Source: an uncultured Nitrososphaerota archaeon (GTDB lineage Archaea; Thermoproteota; Nitrososphaeria; Nitrososphaerales; CADDZS01). Taken from it: a stretch of 64,000 nt of DNA. A program made the translations under genes and the position numbers. Positions 20,621-30,555 of this stretch are shown here, piece by piece. Below the pieces are notes generated by a model. The model saw only the letters and a program-made list of their open reading frames with translations, ran no database searches and was not told the DNA's origin. How positions within the stretch are numbered: position 1 is the stretch's first letter; every line of letters begins with the position of its first letter. Where the stretch lies: NCBI GenBank assembly GCA_963799845.1, contig CAWCYI010000006.1, positions 384,001-448,000 on the forward strand. The letters are read 5' to 3'.

Positions 20621-21220
20621 TTGGCAAGAAATTTGATAGCATGCATCGTTTTAGCGGCAGGTTCTGCAGTCCGCTTTGGAGGACCGAAGCAGCTTGCTGA
20701 ATTCCGCGGACAACCACTCGTAAAAAGTGCGGTAGAGACAGCAAACGAATCTTCCGCAGAATATGTGTTGCTGGTGGTTGGGAACCATTCCTCAGAGATC
20801 CTAGAAAGAGTCCAACTTGGTAGAGCTCAGTTGGTCTATAACAGGGATTTCGAGACGGGAATCTCAAGCTCGATAAAATGTGGAATCTCGAATTTGCCTG
20901 ACGACTGCTCCGGCGCAATTATCATGGTAGCTGACCAGCCCTTCCTCGAATCAAAACACCTCGACCTCATGATTATCGAATTCAGGAAAGATCCGACAAG
21001 AGTTGTTGTTTTATCATTCAAAGGTGAACTCAGAAATCCAGTTCTCATCCCGAAGGCGATGTTTTCTGACCTCCAAAAGCTAACCGGTGACATGGGAGCC
21101 AAGGATCTGGTAAAAAAAAGTCCGAATATCAGCAGATTGGAGATCACAGATTCCCGGGTCTTTTTCGACGTGGATACGAAAGATTCATTGCTTGAACTGC
21201 AAACCGAAAGCGAAAACTAA
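20621..21220 (+). CDS. mocA: Molybdenum cofactor cytidylyltransferase-like nucleotidyltransferase
   Basis: LAAGSAVRFGGPKQL, ADQP, NPVL, GDMGA and DVDT motifs; next to moaA and an XDH-family gene. Confidence 0.8.
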   Translation: MARNLIACIVLAAGSAVRFGGPKQLAEFRGQPLVKSAVETANESSAEYVLLVVGNHSSEILERVQLGRAQLVYNRDFETGISSSIKCGISNLPDDCSGAIIMVADQPFLESKHLDLMIIEFRKDPTRVVVLSFKGELRNPVLIPKAMFSDLQKLTGDMGAKDLVKKSPNISRLEITDSRVFFDVDTKDSLLELQTESEN

Positions 21221-21246
21221 CCTATTTTTAGCACGGTTGTTCAACA

Positions 21247-22243
21247 TTGGCAAGAAGAAAGGCAGTCGCAGTCTCCCACAGGAAAGACGCCGACGGGATT
21301 TGTAGCGGCACTTTGATCAGTTACATGACTGGAGCGAAAATCTACCTCACTGATTACGGAGACATGGTAGAGACCCTGTCGGGTGTAGAGGAGGCAGACG
21401 AGTATTATATTTCGGATCTTGGTTTGAACAAAAATACCTTCGATGGATTTCTCGACCAAATAAAACGGCTCTTGACGTTTGCCAAGGTGTACTACATCGA
21501 CCACCATCCCATAAGCAAGGAATTTGAGTCAAAACTTTACTCCGCTGGGCTTGATATCACACACTCAGTTGAAGAATGTGCATCAGTCCTAGTTTACCGG
21601 AGGTACGAGGACAGATTCAGAGATTCGCCGCAGATGAAAATCGCGGCTTGCTCAGGAGCGATTACCGATTACATGGACCTGCAGCCCTATGCGAAGAAGT
21701 TGATAACATCTTTCGACAGGCAGTTCCTCCTATACGAGGCAACCGTCCTTTCTTTCACCATCGCCACGATCGGCAGGGGATCTGAGGAGAGTAATAATCT
21801 GCTGGTGAAACTCGCAGAAGAACTGGCTTCGGGCAAGCTTCCACACGAAATCGAGGGCGCCTCCGAATATGCCCAGTTACATGCAGCGAGGTCCGCTGAA
21901 TTGATCTCAATTGCTAAGAGAAACGGCAGGAAGGTGCATGAAAATTTTGCTTACATCGTCACGAAGGAATCCTCGACCGGCAACGTTGCAAACTTTCTGG
22001 TCGGGGCGTTCGATGTTCCAGTAGGGGTCGCAATAAGAGAAGAGGAACCTGGTTTTTACGAGATTTCGCTTCGCTCGACAGAACAGTCAAAGCACGATCT
22101 TGGGAAGATAATGGGACGGATAACGACGACTCTTGGCACATCGGGCGGAGGTCATCCGCATGCTAGCGGAGCTGAGGATTAGGCGAGACCAGCTCGACGA
22201 ATTCCTGAATTTGCTCGACGAAGAACTGTCGAGGCCCGCGTAA
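21247..22243 (+). CDS. DHH/DHHA1 family phosphoesterase, frameshift near 22174
   Basis: DADG, DHH and GGGHPHASG motifs; tail RIRRDQLDEFL..* in shifted frame ends at 22243. Confidence 0.88.
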
Positions 22244-22262
22244 ATCTGCTAGAAGAAAATCA

Positions 22263-22892
22263 ATGCAATCTAACAACCAGAAAAAAATTCTCGCACAAGT
22301 CTCGGGCTTTGCAATCGTCTCGCTGACGATGATCGAGATGTTCACAGTGCCAAAATCGTACTTTGTATTCGGAAGCGTAGTCTCGACGGTCGCGATGGCC
22401 TGCGTTGCCTACCTTCTTTCGGACCAGAGCGGCGAAAAGTTTCGGCCTGGTACTTGGCGGGTCGCTCTGGGAATTGCGCTTGCTTTTATCCTGTACGCAA
22501 TTTTCCTCGGGGGAAATCTTGCGGTCAAGAACCTGAACCTCTTTGGAGTCTCTGGTTCGAACGAGCAGAGCATCTACGGGCTGTTTTCGGGTACTCCGAC
22601 TCCTCTCTTAGTGGTAGTATTCGCGCTGGACGCGATCGGTTTTGAATCATTCTTCCGCGGAAACCTGCAGACGATATTTTCGAAGAGAATCGGCATCGGG
22701 GCAGTTTTTCTCGTTGCGGTAATTGACGCCGTCATCCATCTGTCCACGATGAATCCGCTCTTCCCGGCGACGGTAATTGTTGCAGATTCAGTCTGGGGGC
22801 TCAACTATTACATTACAAAAGATCTTTACTCCAACATCGCGAGCCACTTTCTTTGGGATCTGATGGTTTTCGTTTTGCTTCCAATTCACTAG
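22263..22892 (+). CDS. CPBP (CAAX/Abi) family intramembrane metalloprotease
   Basis: FESFFRG, IH and SHFLWD motifs; multiple TM segments. Confidence 0.8.
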   Translation: MQSNNQKKILAQVSGFAIVSLTMIEMFTVPKSYFVFGSVVSTVAMACVAYLLSDQSGEKFRPGTWRVALGIALAFILYAIFLGGNLAVKNLNLFGVSGSNEQSIYGLFSGTPTPLLVVVFALDAIGFESFFRGNLQTIFSKRIGIGAVFLVAVIDAVIHLSTMNPLFPATVIVADSVWGLNYYITKDLYSNIASHFLWDLMVFVLLPIH

Positions 22893-23005
22893 TTTCCAGG
22901 CAAGGCCTAATAAGCTACCGAAGAGGACATCGGAATCGGGAAGTTTCTCTCCAGAATTTTTTTCTATAACCGAGACTCCTAAAAAGTCCACTTGATCGAT
23001 CTAAG

Positions 23006-23519
23006 ATGCAGAAAGATAGCGGAATCGTCGCACAGGACTATGGCACGAACTGCAAAGATTGCGAACGTTACCGAAAGCTTGGAGACGTGTGCGTCGTAGA
23101 ACACGGCAAGAAGTTCCTCTGGGAATATTGTAGGGATTTTGAACCGCAAGTTGTCCTGCCGGATTACAGGGAGTTGATGCGCTCCGTCCGCGTAGACCAG
23201 GCGCTTGAGCGGAAAAAAGAGAAAGAAAAAAAGGAACGAGAACGTAAAAAGAAACTGAAAGAGCGGGCTGAGAAAGAAGAGGAGAGGAAGAAAAAACATA
23301 AAGCGAGGTTGAGAAAGCGTCGAGAGACGCTCAAGAAAAAGCTGACTGAAGGAAAAAGAAAAGAGCGCAAAAACCAAGCCCCTGGCAGAGTCAAAAAAAG
23401 TCCCCACTGTCGATACAGCCCATGAAAGCTCAAAACCTTCAAGGAAAAAGAAATCGGGAAAAAATTTGGAGATTTCCTCAGACGACGAAGAGTCTTCGAT
23501 GCCGAAACCACCTGAATAA
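23006..23519 (+). CDS. Hypothetical protein: four-Cys N-terminal domain plus long K/E/R helix; probable frameshift at ~23345
   Basis: CKDC-x9-C-x12-C; KEKEKKERERKKK; CTGA duplication, alternative frame runs to TAA 23519. Confidence 0.65.
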
Positions 23520-23627
23520 ATCCTTGGGCAAAATGGTCTGCCGGAAAAGTTAGTGATTAGGGCTAGCTAAACTTAAAGGATGACAAAAGAGACTTTTATG
23601 TTCGCTTACTAACAGGATGTTTTTGAA

Positions 23628-23870
23628 TTGCCTAAGGAATTGAGAAATGCTGAACAGTTCCAGAAATTGATGCCGAGGGCTGTAGAGCTGAGAGTTGTGA
23701 GAGAAAAAGAGTCTGTGAAACTGAAACTCCGAACGCCGGATGTTCTCTACACCTTCCGGACTAATGGAGAAGAAGCTGAAGATCTTATCAAAAGTGCGAA
23801 AGAGATCGAAGTAATCGAATATTCTCCTGCAACGGAAAAATCCGAGAAAACTGATGGGAAGAAGAAGTAA
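23628..23870 (+). CDS. rpl38e: Ribosomal protein eL38 (L38e)
   Basis: MPKEL....F, VKLKLRT..VLYT and EEAE.L match the eL38 pattern MPK.I...K.K.R...LYT. Confidence 0.8.
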   Translation: MPKELRNAEQFQKLMPRAVELRVVREKESVKLKLRTPDVLYTFRTNGEEAEDLIKSAKEIEVIEYSPATEKSEKTDGKKK

Positions 23871-23878
23871 TTTCGAAA

Positions 23879-25138
23879 TCAGACAGTAATCTTCGTTCCA
23901 ACTTCTGGAGCGGAGGTTTCAAATCCGTATCTTTCCGTTATTTCTTTGGCGAATACGTCGCATGAATTTCCATCGCCGTGCGTTGCATACACCTTCGGTT
24001 TCCCCTTCAACTTAGAGAGCATTTCAAACAACTCTGATCTTCCAGAATGCCCAGAAAAGTCAAAACGCCTCACTTCGGCCTTGACCGGCACGAGCTTTCC
24101 ACTCATCAACGTCATCCCTCGGTCGAGGAGAGTCCTCCCGGGGCTGCCCGGAATCTGGAAAGCTACTATAGAAATCCCGTTCCGCTGATCCTGTGACAGC
24201 GCTTGGTTATAGAAAACTGATGCACCGCCCATCAACATACCGGCCGGAGAGATTATCACCGATGGGGTCCTGACGAGTTTCTTGCGCTCGCTCCATCCAG
24301 AAACTACGTGGAGGTTTTCCATAGTTTTTCTGAAGAGCTCCGGATCCCGCAAAAATTCCTGGTACCGGAAGAGGATCTCATTTGTCTTGAGGGCCATCCC
24401 GTCCATTGCAACCGTATGTTTAAAATTCTTCGTCCTAAGCAAGCAGGCAATCTCCTGCGCGCGTCCCACCGAAAATGCCGGAACGAGCAAGACTCCACCG
24501 CGCTCAACGACTTCGTTAGCAAAGGTCACAAAATCTTTCTCGATCTTGTCCCTGGGTTCGTGGTCAACCAAGGCGTAAGTACTCTCGGTTATCACGGCGT
24601 CGAGCTCGCCAAAATTCGTGTCCAGTCCAGAAATTAGCTGGCTATCCCGAAGGTTAACGTCGCTCGTGTAGAGCAGCTTTCGCCCGTCATTTTCGAGTAT
24701 TATGGTAGTCCCGCCGGGGATATGGCCTGAGCTTGGAAACCTTGCTCTAAATTCTTCGGCGACCTCCCTCTCTTCTCCGATCGCGACGCGTTCCGTATTC
24801 TTCGACATTGTCAGAAGGTCGAGATATTCGAACGGAAGGTAAAATCCTGAAAGCTTGATGAAGTCTTCGAGGAGAAGAGTTGTAAGTTCAAGCGATAGAC
24901 CCGTTGTTACGAGCTTGACTCCATCTCGCAGAAAAAATAAGGGGACTCCCCCCGAGTGATCAAGATGTGCGTGTGAAAGAAGAACGGAGTGAACTTCCCT
25001 GGGCTTTACGTGCATTGGAAACGAGGGCTCTTTGCCGGTGTTTGCCCCGTAATCCATCAAAACCTGATTTTTCTTGCCCTTTACAAGGACCGCCGATTTG
25101 CCGACTTCCTTCGCTCCGCCTAGAAATGTAACTTCCAA
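23879..25138 (-). CDS. Beta-CASP MBL ribonuclease (aCPSF2-like, no KH domains)
   Basis: GGAKEVGKS, HAHLDH, GHIPG, ESTY, GRAQE and FSGH motifs. Confidence 0.92.
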   Translation of the reverse strand: MEVTFLGGAKEVGKSAVLVKGKKNQVLMDYGANTGKEPSFPMHVKPREVHSVLLSHAHLDHSGGVPLFFLRDGVKLVTTGLSLELTTLLLEDFIKLSGFYLPFEYLDLLTMSKNTERVAIGEEREVAEEFRARFPSSGHIPGGTTIILENDGRKLLYTSDVNLRDSQLISGLDTNFGELDAVITESTYALVDHEPRDKIEKDFVTFANEVVERGGVLLVPAFSVGRAQEIACLLRTKNFKHTVAMDGMALKTNEILFRYQEFLRDPELFRKTMENLHVVSGWSERKKLVRTPSVIISPAGMLMGGASVFYNQALSQDQRNGISIVAFQIPGSPGRTLLDRGMTLMSGKLVPVKAEVRRFDFSGHSGRSELFEMLSKLKGKPKVYATHGDGNSCDVFAKEITERYGFETSAPEVGTKITV

Positions 25139-25320
25139 AATTAACTGAATACCTGGTTTAATGCAACAGTTTTTTTTCGAGCCAAGACAAAATCAGGGCC
25201 CGGAGAAACGATATCTCTTATGAAGATCAATTTCCCAACATAACCTTAAATTCATTGCTGTAGATTTTTGCGTTTACGACCTCGTTTTCGCGAATTATTC
25301 TTTGATGGTTTCGAGAAGAA

Positions 25321-26019
25321 ATGACGTTTCAGGTTATTCCAAAGACCGCAAAGTTCGAAGACACTGTTTTGGTCTCCGGTTTTCACGGAATCGGCTATGC
25401 CGGCTACTGGACGATCAAGTATCTCATCCAGAAACTGGAAGCGAAGCGGATCGCCTTCGTAGATTCGGAGTCCGTTTCTCCCGTTTCCTCGACCCTCCAG
25501 GGAAAACTGGTCACTCCATACGAGTTTTTCCAGACTAAAGATCTGACGATCTTCAAGGTCGAAGTCCCGCCCTACAGGGGCGCCGAGATTGAGTTTTTCC
25601 GCAACTTTTCAGAGTGGGTAACGAACTCGAAATTCAGGGAGGTTGCCCTGATCGGTGGACTTGACGCCAGTCTGCGGACTGACGATTCCTCCTTCCGGAT
25701 AGTGCACACCAGCGTCTACGAACCCAGCGGATACCTGAAAAGTGCGAAGATATTGGAGGACGAGCAGATCATCGTCGGACCCGTTGCGATAATGATGAAC
25801 TACTTTGAAGCTCATGATTTTCCCGCCTACGCGATTCTCGCTTATTCCAGCACCGAGAGGATTGACCCGCGCGCAGCGGTTTCGTCGATCGAGATACTCT
25901 CCAAGACTTACGGATTTTCAGTGGACGTTGAACCCCTGCTAAAGGGTGCGGAAGCAGTCGAGACCGAGATCACCAAGCAGGACAAGAAGCTGAACAAGTC
26001 GGAATCGATCTATACCTGA
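25321..26019 (+). CDS. PAC2-family proteasome assembly chaperone
   Basis: GFHGIGYAG, LIGG, GPVA and DPRAA motifs. Confidence 0.88.
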   Translation: MTFQVIPKTAKFEDTVLVSGFHGIGYAGYWTIKYLIQKLEAKRIAFVDSESVSPVSSTLQGKLVTPYEFFQTKDLTIFKVEVPPYRGAEIEFFRNFSEWVTNSKFREVALIGGLDASLRTDDSSFRIVHTSVYEPSGYLKSAKILEDEQIIVGPVAIMMNYFEAHDFPAYAILAYSSTERIDPRAAVSSIEILSKTYGFSVDVEPLLKGAEAVETEITKQDKKLNKSESIYT

Positions 26020-26097
26020 GTCAGTTTTTTCTCGATAAGATGTCGAGGATAACAAGCATTAGTTCCGCTGTTTCTACTTTGTTGTGCCATGTTCCCT

Positions 26098-27660
26098 TTA
26101 CCAATAATCTTGCAGTTTTACCTTGAACGATTTGTAGTTCTTCGAAATTTCGATTACTGTTTTCTTCTTCCTCTTTGAATAAGCTGCGAACTCTTCCTTC
26201 AGCCATCCAGCGACAGGATCGTTCGATTTGATCATGACATCAATTTTTTTCCAGGGTAGGGCGTTCAGAATTCGATCCCTCGCTGGGAACGATGTCAGGT
26301 GGTGCGTGACCTGCGAAATCGGGAAGATGTCGGATATTTCCGCGGGGACTAGACCGAATACAGGTGAAGCATAACAGATCAGAGTATTTTCAAGGTCTAC
26401 GAGATCGAGAATTTCTTTGAACAGATCAGAGTTGAGAAATGGTTTTGTTTTTGTCTCCGGAGTGATTATTAGATGTTCCTTTCCAGAGAGATCAATGTCT
26501 GACAGTCTCTTCCTGTGCCTAGCTACTTCAGGCCTCAGGAGGTCGATCTCGTCAAAGAGAAAGATGCCTCTCTCCTTGAAGCGGGGTGTCCCGATTTCCA
26601 CCTCGGGCATTTCTGACCGGGCCGCGGCGTGAAAAGCTTCTAGCGCCGAGGGATGATTCGAGCACTTTGCCCTAACATATTCCCACAATCTCTCCTCCCA
26701 GATCGCCTGCTTTGTCTCTTCGATGACAAGCTTCAACGCCGATAGATTGTGACGCGCGAGAGCGGGAACTCGCTCCTCCTTCTTCATCATTTTAAGCTCC
26801 TGCGCGTTCAGCGAGGAACAAGTCTTGCAACTACACGGGAGGTACTCCAGTTTTTCCAAACGGATTGTTCCGCTTGAAGAGATGTACCGGTCGTTTTTTG
26901 CGAACAACATGTAGGAAGCCGAATCGAACATATCGCAGCCCAGTGCGACCGCGAGCGGGATTATCAGCGGGTGACCGGCGCCGAATAAATGAAACGGACG
27001 ATCAGAAGGCAAAAAGGACTTGCTTGCGAGTATCATCCTGACCAGAAGGGGAAAGTCATAATTTTCCATTACTTCGACGGGGGAGCCGAGGGCATAACAT
27101 CCGTAATCGAGTTTCGCCGAAGCCTTTGCGCTCTTCGTTACTAGATCGAGATACTTCCCTCCCTGAATCGGCAGTGTCCAGATGATATCGTCCCGGGTCC
27201 TCGAACCGAGCGTTTTTCTCGCAGACTGGAGAGTATCCGAGACAGTTCTGGCAGCGAACTTCCTTGTGACTTCCAGGCCCGTGGGCTTGTCCAGGATGAT
27301 TGCAATGTCGCTCCCGATCTTTTCCTCGAAACTGGCGATCTCCAGCGGATCCACCTCCACGGAGCCAAACTCGAGAACTTGGTATCCGCCGGAATCCGTC
27401 ATCACGGTCCCGTCAAAACCTATGATATGGTGGATTCCCTCGCTTGCCCTTTCGTTTAACCGCCTGAAAGTCGTGTAGGCGTTGGTCATCACGGCTTCAT
27501 ACCCGAGCGCCCGGATCTCCGAGCATGGGACGAGTTGCCTGACGGGATGAATCACCGGAAGAAGGGCAGGCGTTTCAACCTTGGAAGACTTTGTTTCCAA
27601 GCGACCGATCCTGCCTGCAAGATCGGTCGATTTAATTTCAAATCTAGGAATGGAGTTCAA
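26098..27660 (-). CDS. tgtA: tRNA-guanine(15) transglycosylase (archaeosine pathway)
   Basis: DLAGRIG, TDSGGYQ, HLFGAGHP, DMFDSASY and CSCKTC motifs. Confidence 0.95.
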   Translation of the reverse strand: MNSIPRFEIKSTDLAGRIGRLETKSSKVETPALLPVIHPVRQLVPCSEIRALGYEAVMTNAYTTFRRLNERASEGIHHIIGFDGTVMTDSGGYQVLEFGSVEVDPLEIASFEEKIGSDIAIILDKPTGLEVTRKFAARTVSDTLQSARKTLGSRTRDDIIWTLPIQGGKYLDLVTKSAKASAKLDYGCYALGSPVEVMENYDFPLLVRMILASKSFLPSDRPFHLFGAGHPLIIPLAVALGCDMFDSASYMLFAKNDRYISSSGTIRLEKLEYLPCSCKTCSSLNAQELKMMKKEERVPALARHNLSALKLVIEETKQAIWEERLWEYVRAKCSNHPSALEAFHAAARSEMPEVEIGTPRFKERGIFLFDEIDLLRPEVARHRKRLSDIDLSGKEHLIITPETKTKPFLNSDLFKEILDLVDLENTLICYASPVFGLVPAEISDIFPISQVTHHLTSFPARDRILNALPWKKIDVMIKSNDPVAGWLKEEFAAYSKRKKKTVIEISKNYKSFKVKLQDYW

Positions 27661-27714
27661 AAAATCACGGATTCAAGAAAAGATGATACTGGCGATCGCG
27701 CCAGCGTCACCATG

Positions 27715-28146
27715 TTACTGCGGCTTTTTGGCAGTTTCTCTTGAAAATTCGTCGAAGATCTGCTTGACGCGGGTAGCCGACAGCCTGTCTGATCCCTCGA
27801 CTACTCCCTTCTCGGTCACCTTAATCGAGTCCATTACCATGATGGCGCCAATGTCCTCGCGTAACTTCGTCATGCCGGGGAATGCGCGAGAAAGCCTTTC
27901 GTTCAATAGCTTCAGATCAAACGGTTTTTCAAGCAGGTCAATCTCTTTCACGAACGAACCGTTCAGTACTACTCGAATTGTGGTATCGCCCGTTCCCATG
28001 ACCGAGCCCAGAATGAGGTTCAGCTTCTCGTCAATACCAATCAGGTCGCCGTTGTACTGCTTCCCATCGCCAGTGTGAACACTGACCCGACGTCCAACCA
28101 TCCCGACGATCTCTTCAGAAAAACGCTTGTTTCCTATGTTAGACAA
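27715..28146 (-). CDS. Lsm/Sm-like protein with C-terminal extension (SmAP3 type)
   Basis: GKQYNGDLIGID..LNLIL and VLNGSFV Sm motifs plus ~65 aa C-domain; adjacent to tgtA. Confidence 0.85.
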   Translation of the reverse strand: MSNIGNKRFSEEIVGMVGRRVSVHTGDGKQYNGDLIGIDEKLNLILGSVMGTGDTTIRVVLNGSFVKEIDLLEKPFDLKLLNERLSRAFPGMTKLREDIGAIMVMDSIKVTEKGVVEGSDRLSATRVKQIFDEFSRETAKKPQ

Positions 28147-28432
28147 ATTCGTCAAATCTCCCCAGACAGTTCTTCCCAACGAGGGAGCGATTTCAGAAAG
28201 AATTCTCTCATTTCAAGAATATCGCGCTCATTTGTGTGATATTAAATCTTCTCGATAATTTTGAGAGATTCTGTCGGAAGCTGGCCTTCAAATGGCTGGA
28301 AAATACCCAAATCGCGAACTGTTCTCTCACAGAGATTTCGTTGGGATAGACCAATGATTCCCAGGACGAAAAGTAAGACTTTCAGCACTTGGCCTGGATT
28401 CTTATTACCTTGAGTATGACAAACAGTCTAGT

Positions 28433-28543
28433 TTGAAGTGCGAAAAATGCGGCCACGAATGGGCATACATGGGCAAGCAGAAAAGATTCGCAAAATGTCC
28501 AGAGTGCGGCAGACGGATCAAACTATCTGACCCAAGAGAATGA
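28433..28543 (+). CDS. 36-aa zinc-finger microprotein (absent from ORF track)
   Basis: TTG start: MKCEKCGHEWAYMGKQKRFAKCPECGRRIKLSDPRE. Confidence 0.7.
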   Translation: MKCEKCGHEWAYMGKQKRFAKCPECGRRIKLSDPRE

Positions 28544-28625
28544 AACGCACAATCATCAAAGTCATTTACTTTAAGGTTCAAGCATGTTGGAAAGTTTTTA
28601 ATCAATTTATTCACAGCAGACTTGG

Positions 28626-29267
28626 ATGTCATCGCAGTTTGCCCCGGGCGAACTCCGGTCAATTCTTCTCGCGTGGATAGTCCTCTCGATCGCGATCTCA
28701 ATCAGCGACATAGAGGGATTATTTACCGGTGCCGGTAACATCGAGAACATTGCGGCTGCTTTCATTGCAATAGGGACGGCCTTTGTGCTGCATGAAATGG
28801 GACACAAATTTGTAGCTATCCGCCTGGGGTACGTAGCGCACTTTCAGGTCTGGATCTGGGGAATCGCGCTGACGCTTCTGACAGCCGTGGCTTTCCAGGG
28901 GCGTTTCATATTTGGCGCTCCTGGGGCTGTCTACATCGCTCCCGCCGTTGGAGCCGGGTACTTGGGCTATGAGCAGAGAAGATCCAATCCAGATCGCGAC
29001 AACATGCTTATCTCGGCCGCCGGCCCGGGAACCAACCTGGCTTTTGCGATCTTCTTTCTATTCCTGCTTCTAGTTTCGCCTGAGACTGGTTTTCTCGCGA
29101 CAGTTGCTTCCTACGGTTTTAGCCTGAATGTCGGACTCGGATCCTTCAATATGCTTCCCATCCCTCCGATCGACGGGTACAAAATTTTCAAGAATAACAT
29201 CCTGGTCGCGCTCTTGATCGCGCTACCGCTGTGGGGGATGTTTCTTTTCTTCTTCTTTATAGGATGA
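28626..29267 (+). CDS. Site-2 protease (M50) family
   Basis: HEMGH, AGPGTN and FNMLPIPPIDG motifs. Confidence 0.92.
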   Translation: MSSQFAPGELRSILLAWIVLSIAISISDIEGLFTGAGNIENIAAAFIAIGTAFVLHEMGHKFVAIRLGYVAHFQVWIWGIALTLLTAVAFQGRFIFGAPGAVYIAPAVGAGYLGYEQRRSNPDRDNMLISAAGPGTNLAFAIFFLFLLLVSPETGFLATVASYGFSLNVGLGSFNMLPIPPIDGYKIFKNNILVALLIALPLWGMFLFFFFIG

Positions 29268-29352
29268 CGCTGTAATGAAGAATCGACAGCTGAAATAAGA
29301 AAGTGAGTACGGATTGGAAGCTCGATCCGCAGCGGCGAAGAAATTTCTGGAA

Positions 29353-29658
29353 CTAGCCGAAGAGACTTGAGAGCCCTTCGAGAGCTTCTTCTTCCTTTTT
29401 CTCTTCCTTCTTTTCTTCTTCCTGAGGCTTTGCCGCTGTGGGCGCAGAAGCTGCCGCAGGTGCCGCTGCCATCATTGGGGCCGCAGCCGCATTCTTTAGC
29501 GCATCATCGATGTTAATTTCGCCAAGAGCAGAAACGAGAGCCTTTACCTGAATGTCATCCGGTGTAACACCGGCCGCTGAAACTATCTTCTTCACATTGT
29601 CTTCGGTTACTGGCTGCTTCACTTTGTGAAGCAAAAGCGCAGCATAAACGTACTCCAT
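29353..29658 (-). CDS. rpl12: Ribosomal stalk protein P1 (aL12)
   Basis: MEYVYAALLLH start, Ala-rich hinge, EEEALEGLSSLFG end. Confidence 0.97.
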   Translation of the reverse strand: MEYVYAALLLHKVKQPVTEDNVKKIVSAAGVTPDDIQVKALVSALGEINIDDALKNAAAAPMMAAAPAAASAPTAAKPQEEEKKEEKKEEEALEGLSSLFG

Positions 29659-29835
29659 CTAGAATCGCAACTCCACAACTTCTCCCATTGTGTATTTAAG
29701 ATTACAGCTTCAGATTTTTCGACACCAGATAGTCACAACTCGAAATGCCCCAATTTCTGGTGTTAGCTTTTTCTTGATTTACAAGTGTGTAAGGCTCAGC
29801 AAGGTTAAAGTCCGGGACTTGCGAATCTAAAGCAG

Positions 29836-30132
29836 ATGCCAAAGCCGAAGAAAGGAGAGATCTACGGTACTTTCAACAACGACATGTGTTATGAAAGAGG
29901 TCTTGAGAAACTAAGGAAAATCGACGGCATCGAAATAGACCCGCTCGACAGTCATACGATAAAAATTGTGCTGAAAAAGAAAAGCGACGAGCTCGAGGAA
30001 CGGGTAAACAGTACGATTAGAAGTTCAAAGGGATACGTAGAAATTGAGCTCGACACGGTCAACGTTCTGAACGCCGGGAAAAATAAGAAGGGGTCGGATT
30101 CTGGCGTCCTCGACACGCCGTTTTACGGTTAG
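29836..30132 (+). CDS. Hypothetical protein, possibly a degenerate HMA/ferredoxin-like fold
   Basis: C...LEKLRKIDGI...I..SKGY pattern. Confidence 0.55.
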   Translation: MPKPKKGEIYGTFNNDMCYERGLEKLRKIDGIEIDPLDSHTIKIVLKKKSDELEERVNSTIRSSKGYVEIELDTVNVLNAGKNKKGSDSGVLDTPFYG

Positions 30133-30551
30133 GATTTTTTGAATTTAGGCAGGCTAAAGTCTGCCGTAACGTCATCGAAGAAGACGCTTACAGCATCGCC
30201 GATTTCAACTTCCTTGCCAGCGATATTGCTGTAGATTCTGGGGCCCTCGTCCAGTTCGACCAGTCCGACGATGAATGGCAGGTCCGCTTGGAACGCAGGG
30301 GAGTTGTCAATGACCTGTCTGATGACAGTGTAAGAATAGACAGTACCCTTCCCTGACAATTTTCGCCACTCGATGTTCGACCTCTTGCCGCAAGACGGGC
30401 ACCACGCCTTTGGATACCATATCCATTCTTCGCATGAAGTACAGAACTGCATCCTCAGCTCATGCGACTTGCAATAGTCCCAGAACGGTTTCGTAACGGA
30501 GCTAACCTCGGGAAGTGCTTTTTCGTATTTTTTCGGTTCAGCCTCTGACAA
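30129..30551 (-). CDS. DUF35/ChsH2-type Zn-ribbon OB-fold protein
   Basis: PFW, CTSC..CPSC, SGKGTVYSYTV and LDEGPR motifs; follows a thiolase. Confidence 0.9.
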   Translation of the reverse strand: MSEAEPKKYEKALPEVSSVTKPFWDYCKSHELRMQFCTSCEEWIWYPKAWCPSCGKRSNIEWRKLSGKGTVYSYTVIRQVIDNSPAFQADLPFIVGLVELDEGPRIYSNIAGKEVEIGDAVSVFFDDVTADFSLPKFKKS

Positions 30552-30555
30552 GTTA

